Origin: Chrysomallon squamiferum
Taxonomy: Eukaryota > Animalia > Mollusca
DNA length: 64,000 bases
Assembly: GCA_012295275.1 (NCBI GenBank)
Contig: CM022673.1
Coordinates: 15,190,001 to 15,254,000, forward strand
Direction: 5' to 3'
A program made the position numbers and the translations under genes. A model generated the notes under the pieces. That model searched no databases. It was not told the origin of the DNA and saw only the letters and a list, made by a program, of their open reading frames with translations. This document shows, in pieces, positions 1 to 13,783 of the stretch (position 1 is the stretch's first letter; each line of letters opens with the position of its first letter).

Positions 1-2145
1 TGGAAAGGGAAACAGAATAGGTGAAATACCACAAAGAAAGAAAACCGACAATCAACACACGTTTCCTGATCAAAAGAGAAACATTGGAAACAATGGCCTG
101 AACCAGCATTTAAACGACAACAATTTAATCAGCAAATTTAAAAGCGGCTTCAGGAAGAAACACAGCACAAACAACCAGATCACACGCCTGCATACATCAA
201 TTAATCAATCTTTTCGAAAATCAAAAACAGTCATAGCAGTTTTTTTAGACATTGAAAAACATTCGACGTGGTATGAAATGCCTCCTTTCTACTAAAATAG
301 AGAAGAAAGCTGCAGCTACTGAAATACAGCCTGAAAACACACTCTCAAAACAGACAACCCCGTCAAGGATCTGGTGCCCGAGCTACAAAGAATAGGGCAA
401 CTCTCTAAATCGCATAGTTTACTACTATCGAATTTCCCGACAACTGCCAGCGAAATCGAAAGGCAAACAGGAATAGGGAAATGCCACTGCCGGCATACCA
501 CAAAGAAACAAAACCAACAATAAACACACTTTTCCTGATCAAGACAAAAACAGACAAAACAGACTTTCCACCCTTCAAAAAGGCCATATTTCTAGCAGCA
601 GCAAACGACCACTACAAAAAACACATCTACACCGACGGATCCAAAATCCCAGACAACGGGAAAGTAGGATTCGCCTTGATAGCCCTAGATCACAGAAACA
701 AACCCACATGCATACAATTCGGCCGCATCAGAAATCACCTTTCGGTATACACGGCTGAACTGGTTGCCATCATCAGAGCAATGCTGTGGGTGAAACACAA
801 CAACAAGCACACAGTGATCTTCTCAGCCAGCCTAAGTTCCGTCATCTCAATACAATCCGGACGTTCCAGTAGATCAGATCTACTTAGTAAAATACAACAA
901 CTACACGAGGACATACAACACAACAAGAAAGAACTAACCATCAAGTGGCTCCCAGCACATCGGCATCATCGGCAACGAACTTGCCGACCACTACGCCAAA
1001 GAATCACTCAGCATTAAAGAGGAAGACATTTGCACAGACATACACTACGGAGTAAACGAAATTCTGCCCATCGCAGGCAAACATTACGACAAACAATGGG
1101 AAAAGAAATGGTACTCCAACATCATACCGCTCAGCAAATACCGAAAATCATAATCGCCAACAAACTACACAACAATCTCACCTAAGTCAGAATTGGTTAC
1201 TTGACCAGTTTAAATGCAATCCGATACATCACCCAACTGCAGCTGTGGACTCTCCGAAACCATGAAACACTACTTGTTTCACTGTCAAAATTTCGCCAAT
1301 GAAAGACAAGCACTACGCAACACATTGGAGGAACTAAAAATCGAGTTCAAGCTCCAAAACATCCTTGCACCAAACACGAAAGACAGATTTAGTCCTCGCT
1401 GCAACGCAAAACACAAACCTTAGACTCCGAGTTGAAAGTTTGAATTTCTTTTTTTTCTTTTTTCTTTGTTTGTTTGTGACACAAAAACAACTGAATGAAG
1501 TTATAGACTTAAATTGATTGGTTGAACAGCTGATTGATCAATGGATGGATCGGCTGATTGACGGATCAATTTGAATAGCCAATTAAATTAATAATTTAAA
1601 ACAATATATATACTTACTTTCAAACCATACTAACCCAGTTATCGGATTTTAAAAAATGTCCATAATAAATGTAAATAAGTGAACTTACGTTCATGTTCTT
1701 ATTGTTAGTTGCAGGTGTTTATTACATCTTTTAATTAATAAAAAGACATTTGGTAAAAAGGAAAAAGTTTCAAATTGTTGGACCAGAAGGAAACAGGCAG
1801 AAAGAACAAGGAAACATCAACAGCAGCCGAGAACAGAACAAACAAACAGGACCCAACCAACACGGACCCGGTGACGAATACGAGACCTTCAACGAGCTAG
1901 ACAAGTGCCGGAAACAACAACGAGCGGAACACAACGAAATATCGCAACCGATTCGTTACGATCCGATATGCTGGACACTCACTTGTGTCCTGCAATCGTA
2001 ACGAGAACCCACTCTTTCCTTACCAAAAACTCTTTCTGCGACGGACACCTCAGCTGACCTGTCAGAAAGCGTGTCCGCCGTCGACGTGCTTCACAACAGT
2101 TTGCTCTGATTAGCACGTTAATTCTTTTCAAGGTTCAAGGTTCAA
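1..2145 (+). mobile_element. Degenerate, internally rearranged 3' part of an I-group (I/Nimb-like) LINE: RT fragment, RNase H, C-terminal CCHC, 3' UTR and tail
   Basis: ORF 481-1017 has YTDGSK and SVYTAELVAI (RNase H); ORF 1214-1423 has CSCGLSETMKHYLFHC; ~100-275 matches RT at ~10860-11035; 3' UTR is homologous to 13080-13955; ends in TTCAAGG-TTCAAGG-TTCAA (2127-2145). Confidence 0.93.
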
Positions 2146-2400
2146 TAAAAGAGCAAACAGTAAAAAGGAAAAGTAATAAGGGTAATAATAACACATAATA
2201 TAAATAGCTACAAAAAAATAGCTACAAAAAATATAAATAAGAATCTAAAACTAAATAAATATAGTAAATTATACAGTATCTGTTCTTTGTGAATTCCTCT
2301 CAGCAAGCACAATCCGTACGTGAGTATTCGTCACAGCTTCCCTTCCGGTTTACACCATGTCGGGTTCGACCATCATGGCGGCGAGTCTGTTGTGAGAATG
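2146..2400 (-). mobile_element. 5' end (5' UTR) of a related LINE copy in opposite orientation
   Basis: Reverse complement begins CATTCTCACAAC and aligns with 7208-7475 (shared GGTCGAwCCCGACATGGTGTAA, CCGGAAG, AAGCTGTGA, CGGATTGTG, GGAATTCA, GATACTGTA, then T-rich tract). Confidence 0.85.
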
Positions 2401-2550
2401 TTCTTAAACTTTTTGCACCTTTTCACAACCTTTCGTGTGTTTGGTTGCCATAGTTTTCTTTAGATAGTTCGATTCTAAATACATAGACAAGTCTATATTA
2501 CTTTTAAAAAGTCTAAAGCTATCGTAACTATTGTGAGAATGCCTTATATA

Positions 2551-3070
2551 ACCGAGTCGTGCACTTTCTTCGCATTGAAATGGCGCCGAATTTTGCGGTT
2601 TCCTTTCAGACCGCCGTCCAATCGTTTCTCAGTTCTCCGAGGTTATAAATAGAACCTTCCCACTCTGTTGTCATACTTAATGTTTCTATTCTTAAGCACA
2701 TTTCTAATGTTTCAAACTCCAATTCCCCGCCAAAATTCCTTCACTGGTTTCCGCCAAATCACTGACTCGTTTTCACTGGCCAGCAAAGATCTCGTAAGCG
2801 ATTGTCCGTTTCACGATCCGGTCGTTAGCGTTCGTGTTAGCCGATACGGAAAATAAACGAGTGACTGAAATAATTTAATTTAATCAGTCACTTATTTCTT
2901 TAACTAGTGTCGCCCGATGGAATCACGTATTACCCACCGACTAGTCCCCCGATTTCTCTTTTTAGAACTCGTCGTTAGGACGAGTCCGTATGGAGCCGAG
3001 TGGTGCACTTTCTTCGCATCGAAACGGCGCCGAATTTTGCAGTTTCCTTTTAGACTGCCATCCAATCGTT
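2551..3070. repeat. Diverged ~75-bp direct repeat pair (2551-2626 and 2995-3070)
   Basis: ccgagtcgtgcactttcttcgcattgaaatggcgccgaattttgcggtttcc vs ccgagtggtgcactttcttcgcatcgaaacggcgccgaattttgcagtttcc. Confidence 0.8.
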
Positions 3071-4498
3071 ACCAATATTTATGTTCCACATAACCATTGG
3101 TTTGGATGCTTCATTTCTGACTATTTTGTATTTTTCACGTGTGGAATGATTTTTATTTTTTATATTGTCTTCTATATTTCTTTTTCTATATTTATTTCCG
3201 TAATGCACGGTCCACATGGAGTGAAGATGTTAGTAAGAATGAAATTCACTGTTTACGTTTGTTACTCCTGAACTGCAACTCGTAAATGACATTTACTTCA
3301 CGTTTTTTCTGTGCCCCAGTCATCTAGAAAACAGAAATAATAATAATAAGATGATGATGAAGAAGAAATAATAAAGAAAAAGTTGTAACATCAAACAAAA
3401 GCACCTTAAATACACAGACAAGCACTTCATGTGAAAAGGTATTAATTGAAGTATGCAATTCCACTTTCGGACTGATGTTCTTTTGTCTTAACTAATAACT
3501 GACACATCTGGCGTGTTGTGCATTGTGTTCTGTTGAGTTTCTGTGGGTTTTGTACGTACGTGAAATTGATAGTTATCTCACTCGGGTACTTATTAGATGC
3601 AGTAGTGGTCATCATTTATTGTTTTTTTATTGCAAGTTCCAAGTTAAATGTTTTACAGTTTGCTGTCGTTAACACATTTCTATTAGTTGTATTAAGTGTC
3701 GCGTTCTCTGTCGGGTACTAGTATCTAAGATATTTTTATAAACATTCGTTGTGTTATCTTTTTCTTCGGTTTATTTGTCCTTATGATTTTGGTGCATTGT
3801 ATATACATTTGATACACTTAAATGCTTATTGTCACAAGGTTCCGGTTACCGTAAGAAGAAAACAGTCCAGTACTAAAATGTTAAAACCTGTTCATGATAT
3901 GTATTTGTGTGTACGTATGAAAATATATTCTAAAAGAAATGTGTATATTGCAGTGGCAATGACTGCTTCCTGTTGAGAAATTTAAAGCACGTGTAAGGAG
4001 ACGCTTTCCAGGGATCCTCCTAAATCAAGGCATTTTTTACCCCAGTTTTAACCCTAGTTAGTTGTGACTTCTAGATACTCCCATCGACTATTTTCCTGAC
4101 ACTTTATTTACTATAATAATAATAATAGTAATGATAATAATAATTTAATGATTTATTTGTTTTCTGTATAATAAACACTAATTTAGTAATATTAGAAAAT
4201 AGTTTTCTTCTGGCTATGAAAATGAAATTATTACCAAAATAATTAATTGCAGAATATGTTTGATAAATAAAATAAAAATATGAACAATACATACACTGTG
4301 ATGGATAACGACTGCGTGCAGACTGACTGGATTGAAATGTCACGACAAAACATCAGCTTATGACAAGCCATGCTCTCTTCTAAAGGGGACGTTACTCTAA
4401 TACACTTACAGAAAGAAAGAATGTACAATTTTACAAGAGCACCGGCGTTTTTATGTGAAAAGTTATCTTTATTTATTTAGCATTGTGTTTGTTTTCTC

Positions 4499-4560
<62 letters not shown>

Positions 4561-5096
4561 TTAAAAAAAGACAGAATAACAAATCAATCAAAATCAGACG
4601 AAATAGAAAATTTTTCAATACGACTAAATATAATTTTAGCACGTTCATTATTCATATACGGAAAAATCCCATGAAATGAAATAAAATTATTAATCATTTT
4701 AGAATTAAAATAAATAAATAAATAAATAAATAAATAAAAATTAAAAAACTATTAAAATTTGTAAATGATACATTGGGGTCTTCTTTGATTTAAATGTTTT
4801 GTAGCTGTCACAGTGTTTGGTGACATTATCACCATTCTTCTCAAGGAACAGTTTATTGTGGTAGATGGTGGATGAGTGGTGCTGTGTCCAGATTTTTTGT
4901 TTGTTTTTGTACTTATTATTATATAATATAGAAATATTTTTACTTAGCGAGTAGCGGACGTACACCTCGTGAGGGTGACGAGCAGAAAGGACGCGGGTGT
5001 GGCTGTGTGTGGCTGGTTGAAGAGAGAAGACAGTACTGCCAGGTGTCGTCTTCCATCTCAGAACCCATCTGGTCTCCTGACACAAGTATCCTTTAC
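2675..5096. repeat. Left arm of a long inverted repeat (~2.4 kb)
   Basis: Reverse complement of 5526-7207 plus 13990-14468; mirrored spurious ORFs (3518+/6870-, 3749+/6615-, 4243-/6150+) are nearly identical. Confidence 0.95.
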
Positions 5097-6036
5097 TTCA
5101 TTACCCCCATCATGTATTGATAAACTATCTATATTTTTATATTGTTACTTCTGTTTCTTCGATACATTGTATTATTAGGCTATCCACTTGGTTTTTCAGA
5201 TGCTTTTTTTTTGTGGGGGGAGGGGGTAAATATATTGTCTGGAGTAAACTTGATTTTCATTGTTGTTAGAACATTACTTAAGCTGCGTTTGTCGTATTTC
5301 GTACAATAGAAAGGATAGTACCTGACAATGTACTTAATGGCATTTGTTACTTACACTGAGTTTGAGTAAACTCTCCCAGCCCACACTCAGACAAAAACAA
5401 AACAACTTAAACTATAACCTGCCTCAGAGTGGGGTCAACGTTGGACTAAACGAGAAAAGACATGTCATAATTTCGTTATAGTTATGTTTACATTTACATT
5501 TTTACATTTTTTTTGCGTTTTTTCTGTAAAGGATACTTGTGTCACGAGACCAGATGGGTTCTGAGATGGCAGACAACACCTGGCAGTATTGTCTTCTCTC
5601 TTCCACCAGCCACACACGGCCACACCCGTCCTTTCTGCTCGTCGCCCTCACGAGGTGTACGTCCGCTACTCGCTAAGTAAATATATTTCTATATTATATA
5701 ATAAATAAATAAATAAATAAAACTGGACACAGCACCACTCATCGACAAGATACCACAATAAACTGTTCCTTGAGAAGATTGGTGATAATGTCACCAAACA
5801 CTGTGACAGCTACAAAACATTTAAATCAAAGAAGACCCCAATGTATCATTTACAAATTTTAATAGTTTTTTAATTTTTATTTATTTATTTATTTTAATTC
5901 TAAAATGATTAATAATTTTATTTCATTTCATGGGATTTTTCCATATATGAATAATGAACGTGCTAAAATTATATTTAGTCGTTATGAAAATTCTTCTATT
6001 TCGTCTGATTTTGATTGATTTGTTATTCTTTCTTTC

Positions 6037-6078
<42 letters not shown>

Positions 6079-7207
6079 GAGAAAACAAACACAATGCTAA
6101 ATAAATAAAGATAACCTTTCACATAACAAACGCCGGTGCTCTTGTAAAATTGTACATTCTTTCTTTCTGTAAGTGTATCAGAGTAACATCCCCTTTAGAA
6201 AAGAGCATGGCTTGTCATAAGCTGATGTTTTGTCGTGACATTTCAATCCAGTCAGTCTGCACGCAGTCGTTATCCATCACAATGTATGTATTGTTCATGT
6301 TTTTATTTTATGTATCAAACATATTCTGCAATTAATTATTTTTGTAATAATTTCATTTTCATAGCCAGAAGAAAACTATTTTCCTATTATTACTAAATTA
6401 GTGTTTATTATACAGAAAACAAATAAATCATTAAATTATTATTATTATTATTATCATTACTATTATTATTATTATTATAGTAAATAAAGTGTCAGGAAAA
6501 TAGTCGATGGGAGTATCTAGAAGTCACAACTAACTAGGGTTAAAACTGGGGTAAAAAATGCCTCGATTTAGGAGGATCCCTGGAAAGCGTCTCCTTACAC
6601 GTGCTTTAAATTTCTCAACAGGAAGCAGTCATTGCCACTGCAATATACACATTTCTTTTAGAATATATTTTCATACGTACACACAAATACATATCATGAA
6701 CAGGTTTTAACATTTTAGTACTGGACTGTTTTCTTCTTACGGTAACCGGAACCTTGTGACAATAAGCATTTAAGTGTATCAAATGTATATACATTGCACC
6801 AAAATCATCAGGACAAATAAGCCGAAGAAAAAGGTAACACAACGAATGTTTATAAAAATATCTTAGATACTAGTACCCGACAGAGAACGCGACACTTAAT
6901 ACAACTAATAGAAATGTGTTAACGACAGCAAACTGTAAAACATTTAACTTGGAACTTGCAATAAAAAAACAATAAATGATGACCACTACTGCATCTAACA
7001 AGTACCCGAGTGAGATAACTATCAATTTCTCGTACGTACAAAACCCACAGAAAAACAACAGAACACAATGCACAACATGCCAGATGTCAGTTATTAGTTA
7101 AGACAAAAAAACATCAGTCCGAAAGTGGAATTGCATACTTCAGTTAATACCTTTTCACATGAAGTGCTTGTCTGTGTATTTAAGGTGCTTTTGTTTGATG
7201 TTACAAC

Positions 7208-7350
7208 CATTCTTCTCACAACACACGCTTGATCGTCGTCACGGTCGATCCCGACATGGTGTAAGCCCGGAAGATAAGCTGTGAAGATTAGTCACTGACG
7301 GATTGTGGATTGTGCTTTGTGCTGACTGAGCGGAATTCAGAAACAAAAAA
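7208..7350 (+). promoter_or_regulatory. Probable internal Pol II promoter at the LINE 5' end
   Basis: Begins with Inr-like CATT as in I/jockey-group elements; GC-richer block conserved with the copy at 2280-2400 (-), including CCGGAAG. Function is inferred. Confidence 0.5.
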
Positions 7351-7693
7351 GATACTGTACCTTTTTCTTATTTATTTAGATCTTAATTCTTATTTATATT
7401 ATTTGTAGGCTTTTGTATTATTGTTACTTTTATTACTTTTCTTTTTTTTTTTTTCTGCAGTTTGCTATTCTTTTACTTTCCGGTATCTCAAATAACCGAT
7501 ATATCTTTTATCTTTATCTCGATCTGAAAGTGAGTTGCGTTCAGCTTTAGTCTTTTTGGAATTAATATAGAATTGTCTATATATTTAAAAAAATAATAAT
7601 AATAATAATAATACATTCAAATATATTTTTGAAACCGATATATTTTTAAAACCCACACAAAACAACATCAACCCATACACTTACACAACAAAC

Positions 7694-9169
7694 ATGGCAA
7701 CGAAAAACATCAACATTTACAGCTCGGGAACTGACATCTCGGATATGGAAACAAGGGTTCCTAAACGACCTAGGGACAGGAGCCCAAGCTCCGTAGAAAA
7801 AACTCACAATAGAAAACAAAAGAAAAAAACCGAAAATACAGTTCAACAAACGAAATCGGACACAGAAATAACAGAAGAACAAAAAATCATAAATAGAAAT
7901 CTGCACATTTTGGAAAGGCTACGGGAAACCGACAGCGAAGACGAACGCGAGCCAAACGCGTGGAAAATAATCAAAAGAAAAAAAACAAAACACACCCACA
8001 GCCGAACCACCATCGCAGTTCACAAAAAAAACTACACAAACATCGACAAACAGTTCCGCTATCTAATAGAAGCGCAAATTCTCATCATGGACAAAACGAC
8101 AAAAGTCAACAAAAATAATAACGGGAAAGAAATCTACTTCGAAGTAGATACAAAAACACTTAAAACAATTGGTCCCAACATCACAATCTGGGACGAAACA
8201 TTTGTTATCAGGGTTTTAGCCAAACTAATCCCCGATACCAAACAACCACAGAAAACACCCACACCACAACCCAGAAAAACACTACTGGCAACACCGCAGA
8301 CAAAACAAACGCCTACTACCAAACAGCAACAACAACAACCTAAACACACAACAAAATCAAAAGAAACAACATACAAATATATCTCCAAAGATTTGGGTTT
8401 TTATTACCCACACGCTAACAAACTAGATTTCTTTGAAATATTCAACAAAGAGCTGGTAGAACAAACAAAATCAACTCTAGTCGGTGTGGAAATGTGGAGA
8501 AAGCCAAACTACTGGACCACACTGACATTCAACAACAAACTTACAAACACAACCATCACCATCGATGGATACAAGTACACACTGGCAGAAATGAGGCCGC
8601 AGTTGCCCAAGTGCGGCCACTGTCAGAAATGGGGGCACATCACAAACCAGTGCTCCCACAGAAACAACCAGAAACATTTAACATGCAGTTTCTGTGGTGG
8701 AAATCACCACAGAAACTCAGGCCAATGCCGGTCTCTGGCAAAATGCGCAAATTGCCAGGGACCACACGAATCGCATTACAAGATGTGCCCAGCAAAGATA
8801 CAAGCAAACAACAAATTCGAACACAACAGAAGAGACAACAAAATTATACAAAACGTCAAGAAGAAATGCCAGAAAATAGAAGAAAAAACCAAAACCATCA
8901 TAGAAACAAAAATTAAACAACAGAACGACAAACCAAAAGACAATCTCGACAAGGAGGTCAGGATTGCAGAAATACACAAAATCATTGTCTGCCTCCTGAT
9001 TGAGCTTCAGAACATCAGGACCAACAAAGGAAACACGAATGATGAAGCCAATTTGGAGCAGACAGTAGCCCACATAATTGAAGACAGCTTGGGCTTCAAA
9101 ATCGACACGCAGGACAAAAGACTAAAATTACACACAGACAGGAGAAATCCTACAAGCACAAAACAGTGA
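7694..9169 (+). CDS. LINE ORF1, gag-like nucleic-acid-binding protein (491 aa, intact)
   Basis: Three zinc knuckles: CGHCQKWGHITNQC, CSFCGGNHHRNSGQC, CANCQGPHESHYKMC. Confidence 0.93.
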   Translation: MATKNINIYSSGTDISDMETRVPKRPRDRSPSSVEKTHNRKQKKKTENTVQQTKSDTEITEEQKIINRNLHILERLRETDSEDEREPNAWKIIKRKKTKHTHSRTTIAVHKKNYTNIDKQFRYLIEAQILIMDKTTKVNKNNNGKEIYFEVDTKTLKTIGPNITIWDETFVIRVLAKLIPDTKQPQKTPTPQPRKTLLATPQTKQTPTTKQQQQQPKHTTKSKETTYKYISKDLGFYYPHANKLDFFEIFNKELVEQTKSTLVGVEMWRKPNYWTTLTFNNKLTNTTITIDGYKYTLAEMRPQLPKCGHCQKWGHITNQCSHRNNQKHLTCSFCGGNHHRNSGQCRSLAKCANCQGPHESHYKMCPAKIQANNKFEHNRRDNKIIQNVKKKCQKIEEKTKTIIETKIKQQNDKPKDNLDKEVRIAEIHKIIVCLLIELQNIRTNKGNTNDEANLEQTVAHIIEDSLGFKIDTQDKRLKLHTDRRNPTSTKQ

Positions 9170-9220
9170 ACAAAACAAAACAAAACAAACAGTAACAACC
9201 ATTTACAAACTCTTCACGAC

Positions 9221-12200
9221 ATGCACGCCAAGAACACAGGTCTCTCCGTCCTTCAATGGAACGCCAAAGGCCTTCACTCAACAGGCCACGGAGACGAACT
9301 ACTACACTTCCTGGCCTCCACTACAAACACACCGGACATAATATGCATTCAAGAAACATGGCTGGGACATCACAACAAAAACAACAAAACAACAAAAACC
9401 TTTACGGTCCCCGGGTACCAAAGTCATTACGTCAACAGATACAACAGCACCCGGGGAGGCATCATGACTCTCGTCAAACAAGACATTCCACACACCAAGC
9501 TGAACGAAGCCAAAGTTCACGCCAACATAGAAATACTCAGCATCACAATACACAACAACAATCAAAACATCGACATCATTAACATATACAGCCCACCCAC
9601 TCCCGCACTACACACCATTCAAACCCAAGATTTAAATAAAATAATCACAACAAACAACAAGGTCATCATAGTGGGCGATTTCAACTGTCACAACACCCTA
9701 TGGGGTGGCTTGACAGACGACAGCCCTGGAATCGTCCTCGAAGATTTCCTGGAACAAAACCAGCTGGTCTGTTTGAACGACGGAACATTTACATACACTA
9801 GCGACATCAATGGTGGCCAAACCGCCATTGATGTAACTTTCAAAGCAAGGACATCGCAGCACTCTCCGAATGGCAAGTGCTCGATGAGCTAAACAGCGAC
9901 CACCACCCGATACTCACCAACTACAACAGCAAGAACACCTTCTCGGACAGATCCATCTTCACACCGAAATGGAACTTCAACAAAGCAGACTGGGAAGGCT
10001 TCTACACAGCATGCAGAAACATCAACACGCAGAACCCCAACGACATCGACGCCTACTGCGCATCACTCACCAACAAGATACACTCCATTGCAATCAAATA
10101 CATACCGAAAACCAGAAAATGCACCGGCAAAATATCCACTACCTGGTGGACGGAACGCATAGAAAACAAATGCAAGGAGAGAAACAAATACAGAAGACAA
10201 TATAAAAAAGACAGAAATCATTCAACGCACGAAAAATACAAAATATCAAAAAAAGAAGTTTCCAACCTAATACAGCGAAACAAGAACACTGGGAACTTTT
10301 TTGCAACAACATCAACCACAAAACATCAGTCAAAGACATGTGGGCCAAAGTAAAAAACATTCAAGGAAAAAAAACCCACAGAATTAACACTCTCGGCAAA
10401 AGCAACATCGCATTCACTGACAAGCAAAAAGCGGACCTACTCAGCCAAACCTTCGCCAAGTCCAGCAGCAATTCGAACTTCCCACTGAAGTTCGCAAAGA
10501 AACAACTGGACAACCAAGCAATCGGCGAACAGTCCGCAGACACAGAAAACAGAAAATACAATCAACTATTCAACATCAGTGAATTAAAATATGCACTCAA
10601 AAACAAGAAAAGTACAGCCACGGGGCCAGATAAAATAAGTTACACAATATTACAACATCTACCAGACGAAACCCTACTGGTTATACTCGAACTTTACAAC
10701 ACAATATGGACCACCGGCAAGATTCCAACAAACTGGAAACACGCCGAATGTTTCAGCTTGCCCAAACCACACAAAGATCACTCACTACCCAACAGCTACA
10801 GGCCGATCACGCTGACGTCACATATGTGTAAAACTTTCGAAACAATGATCAACACACGCTTAAACCAGCATTTAAACGACAACAATTTAATCAGCAAATT
10901 TCAAAGCGGCTTCAGGAAGAAACACAGCACTAACGACCAGATCACACGCCTGCATACATCAATTAATCAATCTTTTCGAAAATCAAAAAAAGTTATAGCA
11001 GTATTTTTAGACATAGAAAAAGCATTCGACATGGTATGGAGGGAAGGACTGTTAATTAAATTAATAAATAACAACATTAAAGGCAACATGTTCAACTTCA
11101 TCAAAGACTTTATCAACAACAGATCCATAGCAGTCAAAGTAAACGGTCACACCTCAGAGAAAACGACAATCGAAAACGGCATCCCCCAAGGATCCGTGAT
11201 CTCGCCCACACTCTTCAACATCTACATCAACGACATCGTCACAGCACTCGACCGACAAGACAACGACAGAAATCCGCAAAAGGAGCCGATAAACACAGCA
11301 CTCTTTGCAGACGACTGCGCCTTTTGGCGGGCAGGAAGATCGACCGCAGCAATACAGAAACAAATACAAAAAGACTTAAACAACATAAACGATTGGGCGT
11401 TGAAATGGGGCATAAAGATTTCTCTCTCGAAAACGACGTGCCTCCTTTTCAACAAGAAATCAGACAACAGTAAGATTACTCTCGACATCGACAACAACTT
11501 CATAACAGAAACAAAGACATTCAAATTTCTAGGTGTGACATTCGACAGTCAACTCAACTTCCGATGCCACATATATAACATAATTGCCTCCTGCAAATAA
11601 ACAATCAATCTTCTCAAGTTAATTTCTGGAACCAGTTGGGGAGCAAACGAGTCAACGCTGATTTTGATACACAAAGCGTGTATTCTCTCCAAGCTCGACT
11701 ACGGAGCCACGGCTTACTCGAATGCTCCCAAACTTTATTTAAAAAAACTAGATATAATTCAATCAAGTGCCCTCAGGGTGATCGGCCACCTGCCAAACTC
11801 AACACCATCCGACAGCCTCCTGTCGGAATACAGCATTCAACCATTAAAATACAGAAGAAAACTGCAGCTACTAAAATACAACCTGAAAATACACACACTC
11901 AACACAGACCACCCGGTCAAGGATCTGGTCCCCGACGAACAAAGGATAGGACAACTCTTCAAATCGCATAGTCTACTACTATCGAATTTCCCGACAACAG
12001 CTAGCGAAATCGAAAGGGAAACAGGAATAGGTGAAATGCCACTGCCGGCATACCACAAAGAAAGAAAACCGACAATCAACACACCTTTCCTGATAAAAAG
12101 AGAAACTGACAAAACAGAGATCCAACCATTCAAAAAAATCATTTTTTTGGCAGCAGCAAACGACCACTACAAACAACACACGCACATCTACACTGACGGA

Positions 12201-13053
12201 TCCAAAAAACCCAGACAACGGGAGAGTAGGATTCGCCTTCATAGCTCAAAATCACACAAACAAACCCACATGCATACAATTCGGCCGTATCAGAAATCAC
12301 CTTTCGGTATACACGGCCGAGTTGGTAGCCATCATCAGAGCCATGCTGTGGGTTAAACACAACAACAACAAACACACAGTCATTTTCTCGGACAGTCTAA
12401 GTTCCGTGATCTCGATACAAACCGGAAGTTCAAGCAGACCAGACCTGCTCAGCAAAATACAACAACTACACGAAGAAATACAACACAACAATAAAGAAGT
12501 AACCATCGAGTGGCTCCCAGCACACGTCGGCATCCTCGGCAACGAACTTGCCGACCATTACGCCAAAGAGTCACTCACCATTAAAGACGAAGACATCTGC
12601 ACAGACATACATTACGGTATAAACGAAATAGTCTCCATCGCTGCCAAACATTACGACAAACAATGGCAGAACGAATGGAACAACACGAAAAACAAATGGC
12701 ACTTAAACATCAAACCACTCGCCAAAACACCCAAAATCACACTCGCCAACAAACTACACAACAACAATCTCACCAAAGCCAGAATTGGTTACTCAACCAA
12801 CCTAAACGCAATTCTATACAAACATAACATCATCACATCACCCAACTGCAGTTGCGGACTCTCAGAAACCATGAAACACTACTTGTTTCACTGTCCAAAC
12901 TTTGCCAAGGAAAGACAAGCACTACGCAATACATTGGAGGAACTAAAAATCGAGTTCACGCTCCAACACATCCTGGCACCAAACGTGAAAGACAGAGAGT
13001 TAGTCCTCGCTGCAGTAACAAATTACATTCTCAAAACAAAACACAAACTATAA
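9221..13053 (+). pseudogene. LINE ORF2 (AP endonuclease, reverse transcriptase, RNase H, CCHC), disrupted
   Basis: APE: QWNAKGL, ICIQETW, GDFNCH, SDHHPI. RT: YRPITL, QSGFR, FLDIEKAFD, GIPQGSVISP, FADD, KFLG. RNase H: YTDGS, FSDSLS, WLPAHVGILGNELAD. Frameshifts near 9840, 10280 and 12205; stop at 11598-11600. Confidence 0.95.
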
Positions 13054-13277
13054 TTTTTTTTTTTTTTTTTTTTTTTTTTCACAAACAAACAACAACAATT
13101 ATATAAATGTATTGACCTGCGGATTGATTGGTTGAACAGCTGATGGATCTACGGATGGATCGGCTGATTGACGAATCAATTTAAATGACCAATTAAATTA
13201 ATAATTAAAAAATGATAAACATACTATACGAACCCACTTTCAGACATTACTAACCCGGTTATGGTGTCTTATTTCAA

Positions 13278-13309
<32 letters not shown>

Positions 13310-13310
13310 A

Positions 13311-13345
<35 letters not shown>

Positions 13346-13493
13346 CTTAGTCCTAGCTTCACATCTTTTAAATTAAAATAAAATGTAAATATGTTAACTA
13401 CATTTATGTTCTTATTTGTTTTTTAGTTGCAGGTTTTGTTTTAATAATATCTTTTAAAAAACAATAAAAAGACCATTGGCAAAAAAAATAAAG

Positions 13494-13528
<35 letters not shown>

Positions 13529-13554
13529 AGGTTTGGACCACGTGGACCATAAGG

Positions 13555-13680
13555 AAGCAGCCAAAAAAAAGAACAACAGCAGCAAAAAAAGAAACAACAT
13601 CAGAAGCCAAAAAGAAACAACGACAGCAGCCAAAAAGAAACAACGACAGCAGCCAAAAAGAAACAACGACAGCAGCCAAG
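13555..13680 (+). repeat. ~23-bp tandem repeat in the LINE 3' UTR
   Basis: About five units like CAGCAGCCAAAAAGAAACAACGA. Confidence 0.8.
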
Positions 13681-13783
13681 AGCAGAACAACCAGGACGGC
13701 AAACAACACAGACCCGGTGATGGCTGAGAGATTGTGCCGGATATCACGGGGGGCGAATTGCGGCTGCGATACATCCGTACCGA

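Noticed and set aside
3518-7073. Paired, nearly identical short ORFs on opposite strands
   Set aside because: A by-product of the inverted repeat; no recognisable motifs.
7208-7350. Possible HDV-like ribozyme at the LINE 5' end
   Set aside because: Only short hairpins are visible and I could not build the nested double pseudoknot.
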